Of a DNA stretch of 64,000 nucleotides, positions 28,271-35,960 are shown one piece after another. Each line of letters starts with the position of its first letter. The stretch's first letter is position 1. The notes beneath the pieces are model-generated. The model was not told the DNA's origin and searched no databases. It saw only the letters and a list, made by a program, of their open reading frames with translations. Source of the DNA: Candidatus Saccharimonadales bacterium (GTDB taxonomy: Bacteria; Patescibacteriota; Saccharimonadia; Saccharimonadales; UBA10212); NCBI GenBank assembly GCA_040900055.1, contig JBBDZU010000007.1, positions 25,831-89,830 of the forward strand, written 5' to 3'. The translations under genes and the position numbers were made by a program.

Positions 28271-28828
28271 CTAAGCCGGCTTGCCTTCATAAGTTACTTC
28301 CAGAGGGATGTCTTTGGCCGAGGCTTCGTCGATGCAGGGGAAAAAGTGTTTGGTCGACTCTTTAGCCTTATATGCGGCAGAGATTACATCCGGTTCCTCT
28401 AGTGCCGGTGGCTTAACAGTAAAAGCCATTGTTACTAGGTAGCTGCCAGGATAAAGAGTTTCTTTGGTGTGCAAGCGGACCTGCTCAAAGCTGCCGTGGT
28501 GGTTAATGCGCTCAACAGCAATCTCTTTATCACCAGCCTTGGTATGGGCAGTAACTTTGGCGGAGGTGATTTTTAAATCTTTTTGATGAAAAACTAGGCG
28601 TCGGCTGGGTGCTCTCAGCTTTCGTCCGGTAATTATTATTAGGCCTTCGGCTGCCGTATCGCCGCTATGGGCCAAAATAGTCAACTTATAACTTTCGGGG
28701 CTAAAAAGCTTAGCGAGCGACTCGGTCTTTTTCATCCCCTTAATTTTAGCAACCAAAGCTTGCTTAAGCTGTAAGAATTTGCTATAATTTTCAGGTACTA
28801 GTCCGGCCGTCAGGTCGGATTTTTTCAT
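28271..28828 (-). pseudogene. M1 aminopeptidase (PepN-like) N-terminal beta-domain only, lacking the catalytic domain
   Basis: PESYKLTI...GLIIITG...LVFHQKDLKITSAKV...FFPCIDEASAKDIPLEV matches the M1 N-terminal domain (FPCFDEPxxKAxF). The ORF stops after 185 aa, before any GxMEN or HExxH region. Confidence 0.55.
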
Positions 28829-29023
28829 AATCAGTCACACCGCGCCAACCTGCTAACCGGCACAGCCGGCTACCCGCTGGTGCTTTTGGTACATTGCGTC
28901 GTCAGAAACTGCGCTGTTCCCTCATCGTATTTCAATACGTTTCGGTCCACTGCTCGTTTCTTCCTTACACTGCATCCAAATGTGATGATTATGAAATAAA
29001 ATCTGAAAGTGGAGTAATACGTC

Positions 29024-30268
29024 ATGGAAATGGATTTCAAACAACTAGCCGCGGCAATCAAAGTCATAGCCGAAGAAAAAAATCTCCCAGAAGAGCAAGT
29101 TACCGATGTGGTCCAGCAGGCCCTAGCGGCGGCTTGGCGCCGCGACTACGGTGACAGAGACCAAGAAGTTCGCGTGACTATGAACCTCAACACCGGCGAC
29201 GTGACAGCCTTTGTAACTAAAGAGGTTGTGCAAGTGGTTGAAGACCCCAAAATTCATATCAGTCTAACCGATGCTAAAGCTATCAAAAAAGACGCCAAAG
29301 TTGGCGAAACCGTAGAAGTTGTCCAAAAAATCGAAGATTTTGGCCGGGTAGCTGCCCAAACGGCCAAACAAGTAATCTTGCAGCGCCTGCGGGAAGCCGA
29401 GCGTGAAATTGTCTTAGCCGAATACGAGGATAAAATCGGCACGCTAGTCAATGGCGTAGTTACTCGTGTAGAAGGGCGCGTTACCCGCGTGGAGCTCGGT
29501 CGGGCCCAGGGTCTACTTCCGCTGTCGGAGCAAATTTCTAGCGAGCGCTACTATCCGGGCCAGCGGCTCAAACTTTACCTAAAAGATGTCGAAAAGGGGT
29601 TCCGGGGGCCGCAGTTAATTGTTAGCCGTGGTGCACCGGAGTTTATTAAATTAATGTTTGCTGCAGAAGTGCCAGAAATGGAAAGCAACGCCGTGGAAAT
29701 TAAAGCCATAGCTCGCGAAGCCGGTGTTCGAAGCAAAATTGCCGTTGCTAGCAATGTCCAGGGTGTTGACCCAGTCGGTACATTTGTGGGAGGCCACGGT
29801 ACGCGCATTAATGCTGTTCGCGACGAAATTGGCAACCAAGAAATGATAGATATTGTCGTTTGGGACGAAGATAAAACGGCATTTATTGCCAATGCCATGA
29901 AGCCAGCCAACGTTACTAAGGTAGAGATTAATAAAAGTGGCGATAAAGCTACCGTGGTGGTGCCAGAAGATCAGCTATCGATTGCTATCGGTAAAGCCGG
30001 GCAAAATGTTCGGCTGGCCGGCAAGCTAACCGGTTTTGAGCTTGATGTGGAGTCGGAACAAAAAGCCAAAGAAGCCAAGGCTCCAGCTGCCGATAAGCCG
30101 GCCAAAAAGGAAGAGCCACAGCCTAAGCCGGTTTCTAAGCTTAAGAAAAAGACAGAGCTAGAGAGTTCGCTACTAGAAGCCATAGAAGAGCATGGGACTC
30201 CGACAGAATCTAAACAGTCCCCAGAAGTTTTAGAAAATAAGGATGACGAGGAAAAGGCCGACTCTTAG
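29024..30268 (+). CDS. nusA: transcription termination/antitermination factor NusA with charged C-terminal tail
   Basis: N-terminal domain, S1 domain (GTLVNGVVTRVEG) and two KH domains (IGKAGQNVRLAGKLTG). A ~70-aa K/E/P-rich tail follows. Confidence 0.95.
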   Translation: MEMDFKQLAAAIKVIAEEKNLPEEQVTDVVQQALAAAWRRDYGDRDQEVRVTMNLNTGDVTAFVTKEVVQVVEDPKIHISLTDAKAIKKDAKVGETVEVVQKIEDFGRVAAQTAKQVILQRLREAEREIVLAEYEDKIGTLVNGVVTRVEGRVTRVELGRAQGLLPLSEQISSERYYPGQRLKLYLKDVEKGFRGPQLIVSRGAPEFIKLMFAAEVPEMESNAVEIKAIAREAGVRSKIAVASNVQGVDPVGTFVGGHGTRINAVRDEIGNQEMIDIVVWDEDKTAFIANAMKPANVTKVEINKSGDKATVVVPEDQLSIAIGKAGQNVRLAGKLTGFELDVESEQKAKEAKAPAADKPAKKEEPQPKPVSKLKKKTELESSLLEAIEEHGTPTESKQSPEVLENKDDEEKADS

Positions 30269-30693
30269 GTTGACGGCGGCTGCCAGAAATTCTCTATCGG
30301 ATTTCCATCATCATCTACTACACCGAAAACGTAGTAGAGTCCTGTAATTTCATACAGTTTAGTAAGTTCTTGGGGGATATTACTTAGATAAACTTCTTTA
30401 CCCAAGTCCTTTGCTTTCCTAAGAGTCTTAATAAAAACTCCCTGCGTGCTGGAGTCGATATATGTAGATCTTGAGTGATCAAAAATTATGGACCGAATAT
30501 CTTCTCTTTCTAGCAATTCCAAAGCCAGGCTCTTCGTATCAGGTGCGGTATATAGATCTTCATTTTCAGCCAAATAGATACGCCCACTTCCCGTCTCGGG
30601 ATCTATTTCAAAATATGCTTCCATTGGAACCGGGCTTCTCATCTCAGGCGACATGATTTTAGTTATACACCGGAGGCTATCAATAGCAAGCAC
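30265..30693 (-). CDS. STAS-domain protein (anti-sigma-factor-antagonist-like), orphan
   Basis: IIFDHSRSTYIDSSTQGVFIKTLRKAKDLGKEVYLSNIPQELTKLYEITGLYYVF fits the STAS pattern (DxSxxxxIDSSG...L....itGl...f). Start codon uncertain; internal ATGs are possible. Confidence 0.55.
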   Translation of the reverse strand: MLAIDSLRCITKIMSPEMRSPVPMEAYFEIDPETGSGRIYLAENEDLYTAPDTKSLALELLEREDIRSIIFDHSRSTYIDSSTQGVFIKTLRKAKDLGKEVYLSNIPQELTKLYEITGLYYVFGVVDDDGNPIENFWQPPST

Positions 30694-30743
30694 AAGGGGT
30701 ATGGGTGCTCGCCTACATGCCCATTAATAGGTATAATTGAGCT

Positions 30744-31229
30744 ATGAGTTTGTATCAGGGAACTTATGGTGACCATGCTAAACCAGGCGGCTATAACTCT
30801 GAGAGATTAGCAGAATACTACGCAAGGAAGCGAGCAGAACGCGAAGCAAAAGGGGACTTTGGCGCCGCAGCGGAAATAGACATAGCTTCACGATACGTGG
30901 CTTTGGCAACCAGTACTCGTCATCTAAGGAAGGCTGAGATTATTTATGCAAATGCTGGGATTTTAGCGGCTAAAGAGGCAAGGTTTCACGGCTATGAAAT
31001 CAAAGGCTGGGATAGTGAGATAAGCAGTACCGAACCGCCGGCTTTTGAACGAATGCCCGATGGCGATGCGCTGTGGTTTATCGATTCCCCCCTTAGTCAT
31101 GTTGAAGGGCTACCGCGCAATCTTAGATTTTTAGGTCAACTAGCAAACAATTTTTGGATCGATCAAATGCCACCCCTAGAAGAAGATCCTCCCAAGCATG
31201 GAACTGATAGGACAGCAGGGCCCATATAG
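30744..31229 (+). CDS. hypothetical protein (161 aa)
   Basis: ORF only; no family recognised. Confidence 0.45.
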   Translation: MSLYQGTYGDHAKPGGYNSERLAEYYARKRAEREAKGDFGAAAEIDIASRYVALATSTRHLRKAEIIYANAGILAAKEARFHGYEIKGWDSEISSTEPPAFERMPDGDALWFIDSPLSHVEGLPRNLRFLGQLANNFWIDQMPPLEEDPPKHGTDRTAGPI

Positions 31230-31246
31230 CTAGAAAACGATGGTCC

Positions 31247-31858
31247 ATGACAATCGAACAAAAAATAGCCCAGGCCGAAAGGGAGCTGGCAAAGAAAGAT
31301 CCCAAGCTGGGGGCTCTAATCAAGCTGCAAAAGCCCGTAGTCCATAAGCCGCGGACGAATTATTTTTTTAGTCTTTGCCGCAGCATTGTTGGCCAGCAGG
31401 TGTCGGTCGCCGCGGCCGCTACCATTTTTGCCCGGTTGGAAGCCGCTACCGGCATGGACCCTAAAAAGGTCATCAAGCTCACCGATGTGCAGGTCAAACA
31501 AATTGGTCTGTCGCGCCAAAAGGTCGGCTACATTAAGGATCTAGCCCAACACTTTGTAGATAACGCAGGAGTTTATAATCATTTAGGCCAACTGCCTGAC
31601 GATGATGTAATAGTCGAGCTAACAGCGGTTAAGGGAATAGGTACGTGGACGGCCCAAATGTTTTTAATGTTCACGCTAACGCGGCTTGATGTATTCGCAC
31701 CAGACGACATTGGGATCCAACGGGCCATGAAACAGCTTTATGGCTGGAAAAGTGTGCCCAAAAAAGACAAGCTTGTTAAAGCCGCCGAGCGCTGGCGGCC
31801 TTATCGAACCGTAGCTTGTTGGCACTTATGGCAATCGCTGCAGAATAGTCCCGCGTAG
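31247..31858 (+). CDS. HhH-GPD DNA glycosylase (3-methyladenine DNA glycosylase II-like)
   Basis: LTAVKGIGTWTAQMFLMF...DVFAPDDIGIQRAM helix-hairpin-helix plus catalytic Asp pattern. Confidence 0.85.
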   Translation: MTIEQKIAQAERELAKKDPKLGALIKLQKPVVHKPRTNYFFSLCRSIVGQQVSVAAAATIFARLEAATGMDPKKVIKLTDVQVKQIGLSRQKVGYIKDLAQHFVDNAGVYNHLGQLPDDDVIVELTAVKGIGTWTAQMFLMFTLTRLDVFAPDDIGIQRAMKQLYGWKSVPKKDKLVKAAERWRPYRTVACWHLWQSLQNSPA

Positions 31859-31896
31859 TCCTTGACCAATTCCATCGCTTATGGTTGCGTTAGAGT

Positions 31897-32463
31897 ATGG
31901 GTGAAGTTAAAAAACCGGTTGTATATGCCTTTATTGACGCTCAAAACTTGAAAATGGGCGTGGAAAATAATATTTATAGCGAGAAGAATAAAACAAAAAT
32001 ACTTTATGAAGGCTGGCCACTAGACTACAAAAAATTCAGACTCTATCTGACTAATAAATACGGGGTATCTAAGGCTTACCTGTTCATTGGAGAAATTCCT
32101 GGCCGATGGTGGCTATACAAAAAATTACGCGATAGGGGGTTCGAAGTTGTTCTAAAGCCCACAATCCCATACGACGACGGCACAGGTGATAGCAGTAGGA
32201 GTAAAACAAAGGGAAATGTTGACGCCGATCTCGTTCTTTATGCCGGCGCTTTGACCTACAAGCAGTACAACCAAGCCGTAATCGTTAGCGGTGATGGGGA
32301 TTTCCGACTATTGTTTGAATATCTTGACGCAGAAAATAAGCTGCTAAAAATTCTAGCACCAAACTTTCGGTACTCTAGCTTGCTGAATAAGTTCGAAAGC
32401 AAGATTGATGTGATAGGCACAAAAAAGGATGAACTAGGTCGTGAGGATAATACAAAAAAATAA
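31897..32463 (+). CDS. NYN/LabA-like (PIN-like) domain protein
   Basis: VYAFIDAQNL...GNVDADLVLYA...AVIVSGDGDF motifs of the NYN (DUF88/LabA) ribonuclease-like fold. Confidence 0.75.
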   Translation: MGEVKKPVVYAFIDAQNLKMGVENNIYSEKNKTKILYEGWPLDYKKFRLYLTNKYGVSKAYLFIGEIPGRWWLYKKLRDRGFEVVLKPTIPYDDGTGDSSRSKTKGNVDADLVLYAGALTYKQYNQAVIVSGDGDFRLLFEYLDAENKLLKILAPNFRYSSLLNKFESKIDVIGTKKDELGREDNTKK

Positions 32464-32526
32464 CTGGCCTCAGCGGTCGGTCGAAACCTTAGGCTTAGCC
32501 AGTTGTAGTAATACATCTTACGATGC
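32453..32526 (-). ncRNA. predicted ~70-nt small RNA, antisense to the 3' end of the NYN gene
   Basis: Bounded by a minus-strand TTGACA-17-TAGTAT promoter and a minus-strand intrinsic terminator (AACTGGC...GCCAGTT stem, then A and seven T). Transcript ends are inferred. Confidence 0.4.
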
Positions 32527-32532
32527 AACAAC

Positions 32533-32561
32533 ATACTAACAATATTATGTCAACATGTCAA
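32533..32561 (-). promoter_or_regulatory. sigma70-like promoter on minus strand (TTGACA-17 nt-TAGTAT)
   Basis: The plus strand reads TGTCAA at 32556-32561 and ATACTA at 32533-32538, separated by a 17-nt spacer. A second TTGACA copy lies 8 nt downstream. Confidence 0.5.
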
Positions 32562-32949
32562 GGAGCTATCCACATGTGGCACTCGTGCGCTCGCCAGCAG
32601 TGAATCTGCGGAACGACAAGCGGTCCTCGTTCCTTCGGGCAGTCCTCGATTCTGGCTTTTGTCTCGCTTCAAACTCTCTCTGTTTTCTCACGGCTGAACT
32701 ATTTATTCTTCCTCAAAACACAATAATCAACAGTATGTTTACTATACTGGCCATTCCCGCCAGTACAATTATCGGTCCGCCGTAGTCCCGTATAGCTGTA
32801 ACGATAATAGAAACCTTAGTCGTTGGGATAACGTACAAGTAATTTTAGTCATTGCCTACTCGGTTTTACTTGGGCCACGAAACTTAATTTACTGCAAAAT
32901 ATACCAAGACGAGGCAGTAAGAAATAAAAATGCACACAGGAATGCTCAA

Positions 32950-33060
32950 GTGATCAATTGGACAAATAAAGTAATAAACTTTGTTCTAGCTGCTGAGCTA
33001 CTCTTTATAGCTACGTTCGTAGCGGCCCTGGTGGTGCTGCTATATAGCGTAATTCTGTAA
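32950..33060 (+). CDS. possible 36-aa hydrophobic peptide (very tentative)
   Basis: GTG start 7 nt after AGGAA. The product is MINWTNKVINFVLAAELLFIATFVAALVVLLYSVIL, a single predicted TM helix. Below the ORF-track length cutoff. Confidence 0.2.
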   Translation: MINWTNKVINFVLAAELLFIATFVAALVVLLYSVIL

Positions 33061-33087
33061 ATATTTGTAACTTAGGCTGGGCGAGGG

Positions 33088-33114
33088 TTGGCACTCGGGG
33101 TTGACGAGTGCTAG
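33088..33114. promoter_or_regulatory. CIRCE-like inverted repeat (HrcA-type operator) overlapping the clpC promoter
   Basis: TTGGCACTC-GGGGTTGAC-GAGTGCTAG compared with consensus TTAGCACTC-N9-GAGTGCTAA. The spacer ends in TTGAC (-35-like). TATAAT at 33122-33127, ATG at 33140. Confidence 0.8.
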
Positions 33115-33139
33115 TTTGTGATATAATGGGGGCTGTAAA

Positions 33140-35635
33140 ATGATTCCAAATTCACCTGATTTTCAAGAATTTTTAGGCCATTTGACCAACAATGCTTTGC
33201 ATTCGCTAAAGCAAGCCGACGCTATAGCCAGGGCTTCTAGCAGCGCCTACATTGGCACCGAGCATTTGCTGCTAGGTGTTTTAGCCCAAGATGGCTCCAT
33301 GGCTTCTAAAATCTTGGAAGGTACCGGCATTACGCTGGATAGGGCGCGGTTGGCGCTAAACCTAACGCCTAAAACCCTAGTTATCAATATGGGCGGCAAA
33401 GGTTTATCCGAAACCGCCAAACTAACCCTTAAAATGGCCTGGGAAATTGCCCAAGAGTTTGGCCAAGACTACTGCGGCACCGAGCACATTCTATACAGCA
33501 TCCTAAGCCAAAAGAACGCTCGGGCTACCACTTTGCTACGCGACATGAGCGTGGACATTGATAAATTATCATCCGAGGTCGAGCAGTTTCTTAACCGCCA
33601 GCAGTACGAGCACGACGGCGTAGGCTCTGCAAGCCGCCGCCGCACCAAAAATGCCAAGAAAAACGCTTTAGAATTTTTTGGCACCGACCTTACGGCACTT
33701 GCTAAAGAAGGCAAGCTTGATCCGGTAGTTGGTCGTGAGCCCCAAATCCGCCGAGTGATTACCATTTTAAACCGGCGCACTAAAAATAACCCGGTACTGA
33801 TCGGCGAACCGGGCGTTGGTAAAACCGCCATTGTAGAGGGCATTGCCCAGCGCATTATTAACGAGGAAGTTCCCGACAGTCTGCTTGATAAGCGCATTAT
33901 TACGCTAGATTTAGCCGGGATGATTGCCGGGACTAAATACCGCGGCGAGTTCGAAGACCGCTTAAAGAAAGTTATTGCGGAACTTGAGCAAGACAAAAAC
34001 ATCATTGTCTTTATTGACGAGCTGCACTTAATCGTCGGCGCTGGCGCGGCCGAGGGTTCTATGGACGCCGGCAACATTCTAAAACCCAGCTTAGCTCGGG
34101 GCAAGATCCAAATGGTTGGGGCCACGACTACCGATGATTACACCCGCTACATAGAAAAAGATGCTGCGCTTGAGCGACGCTTCCAGCCGATTCAAGTGCC
34201 TGAAGCTACCGTGGTGGAGACCTTAGCGATCCTTAAGGGCCTGCGCAGCCACTACGAGGAATTCCACGGCGTAAAAGTGGACGATGAAGTCCTAGGCGAC
34301 ACTGTTGGCTTTGCCCGCCGCTACATTAACGACCGCTACATGCCAGACAAAGCCATTGACTTACTGGACGAAACTTCTGCTTACCTGCGAGTCAACCGCG
34401 GCAAAACACCGCCGCAGCTTCGCCAGTTACACAAGGAGCTAAAACTGTCCAATACCCGCATAGAAGATGCCGTGGACGGCGAAGATTACGAAAAGGCTGC
34501 CAAAGAAAAACAAAAGGCCAGCCAAATTAAAGACCGCATTAAGCAAATGGAAGCGACCTACAAGGCCGGCAAACCTATCACAATTTCTTCCGACGATGTA
34601 GCCGAAACTGTTGCCCGTATGACTGGCGTGCCTACCCGTAAAGTTATCCGTAGCGAAGCTAAATACTTAGTAAATCTAGAAAAAAACCTTGGCAAATACA
34701 TTATTGGCCAGGAAGAGGCTGTAAAAACTGTAGCCGGCGCCGTGCGGCGCTCGCGCTCCGGTATCTCTAGCGAAAAGCGGCCGATTGGCTCGTTTATATT
34801 CTTAGGACCAACAGGTGTTGGTAAAACAGAACTTGGCAGAGTTTTGGCCCGCGAATTCTTTGGTAGCGACGACGCCTTAGTCAAAATTGACATGAGCGAA
34901 TTTGGCGAACATCACACTGTAGCCCGCCTAATTGGTGCCCCGGCTGGCTACGTTGGCTATGACGACGGCGGCCAGTTAACCGACCGCATTCGCCGACAAC
35001 CCTATAGCGTGGTGTTATTTGACGAAATCGAAAAAGCCCACCCCGATGTTTTCAATATGCTGCTGCAAATACTAGAAGACGGTACATTATCCGACGCCAA
35101 AGGCCGGAAAATTGACTTTACCAACACTATTATCATTATGACCAGCAATATTGGTGCCGAGAAACTGCAAAAAGAGGCCAGCTTTGGCTTTCGTGCCGCC
35201 AACCCGGCCGATTTGGAGAACCTAGACGAGCTGCACGCCGCCAATAAGAGCAAAGTGCTCGAAGACCTTAAAAAGACTATGCGACCGGAGCTGCTAAACC
35301 GGATCGATAAAATAGTTGTCTTTAGGGCTTTAACTAAAAAAGATGCTCTAAAGATTTTAGACATCCAGCTTGATGACCTTCGAACTCGGCTAATCAAAAA
35401 AGGTATTGGTCTAGAAGTAAGTAAAACAGCTAAAGACTATCTGCTGAGTAAGGGTTATGATGCCCAAAATGGTGCGCGGCCGATGCGGCGCTTGCTGCAG
35501 GAAACATTGGAAGACGCTATCGCTGGCGGCCTGTTGGAGGACGCCTACAACAAAGGCGACGTTGTGCAAGTGAAGACTAAAAAATCTGCCAAAGCCGAAG
35601 AGCCGCAACTAGTTTACGCGGCTACCCCAGAATAA
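33140..35635 (+). CDS. clpC: ATP-dependent Clp protease ATP-binding subunit ClpC
   Basis: Two Clp_N repeats, two AAA+ modules (GEPGVGKTA, GPTGVGKTE) and a UVR-like linker (GEDYEKAAKEKQKA). 831 aa. Confidence 0.95.
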   Translation: MIPNSPDFQEFLGHLTNNALHSLKQADAIARASSSAYIGTEHLLLGVLAQDGSMASKILEGTGITLDRARLALNLTPKTLVINMGGKGLSETAKLTLKMAWEIAQEFGQDYCGTEHILYSILSQKNARATTLLRDMSVDIDKLSSEVEQFLNRQQYEHDGVGSASRRRTKNAKKNALEFFGTDLTALAKEGKLDPVVGREPQIRRVITILNRRTKNNPVLIGEPGVGKTAIVEGIAQRIINEEVPDSLLDKRIITLDLAGMIAGTKYRGEFEDRLKKVIAELEQDKNIIVFIDELHLIVGAGAAEGSMDAGNILKPSLARGKIQMVGATTTDDYTRYIEKDAALERRFQPIQVPEATVVETLAILKGLRSHYEEFHGVKVDDEVLGDTVGFARRYINDRYMPDKAIDLLDETSAYLRVNRGKTPPQLRQLHKELKLSNTRIEDAVDGEDYEKAAKEKQKASQIKDRIKQMEATYKAGKPITISSDDVAETVARMTGVPTRKVIRSEAKYLVNLEKNLGKYIIGQEEAVKTVAGAVRRSRSGISSEKRPIGSFIFLGPTGVGKTELGRVLAREFFGSDDALVKIDMSEFGEHHTVARLIGAPAGYVGYDDGGQLTDRIRRQPYSVVLFDEIEKAHPDVFNMLLQILEDGTLSDAKGRKIDFTNTIIIMTSNIGAEKLQKEASFGFRAANPADLENLDELHAANKSKVLEDLKKTMRPELLNRIDKIVVFRALTKKDALKILDIQLDDLRTRLIKKGIGLEVSKTAKDYLLSKGYDAQNGARPMRRLLQETLEDAIAGGLLEDAYNKGDVVQVKTKKSAKAEEPQLVYAATPE

Positions 35636-35916
35636 ATCTTCCACCTTGTGCCGACAAGGTGGCGCCAAAAATACAATTTTCACACTTTGGACGGCAAAGT
35701 GTGGCAAACCGCCGGGCGGCTTCGCTTGCTTGAGGCATCTTTAGTAAAAGCAGTCTTTGCCTCGACAACTCCTCGTCATATGCCACCGGCATATTAACTT
35801 CGTCAAACAGTCGAGAAAGCTCAAAGCCCAGACTGTTTTACTACATCTGCCTCAGGCTCACTACGCATGCCCGGACCCCCCCAATAACTCCATCTGTTTT
35901 CTCAAGTCCGAACCTT

Positions 35917-35951
35917 ACAAACTACAAACCACAAACTACAAACGTTATACT
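35917..35951 (+). repeat. four tandem heptads (ACAAACT/ACAAACC/ACAAACT/ACAAACG) running into a TATACT -10 box
   Basis: Read directly from the sequence. 25 of 30 positions match the module upstream of rsmD (44429-44458). Confidence 0.7.
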
Positions 35952-35960
35952 TAAGGAACA

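Noticed and set aside
32555-32785. 76-aa plus-strand ORF in the long spacer upstream of clpC.
   Set aside because: It has no ribosome-binding site or -10-coupled start, its composition is odd, and it runs through the GC-rich hairpin cluster. It is more likely non-coding.
33469-34125. 218-aa minus-strand ORF inside clpC, plus dozens of similar 60-140-aa antisense ORFs in the track (for example 3469..3792, 19786..20112, 24490..24873, 52235..52480, 60006..60434).
   Set aside because: Each lies wholly inside a strongly conserved gene on the other strand and has a Ser/Arg/Pro/Ala-rich shadow composition with no start-site signals. These are antisense-frame artefacts.
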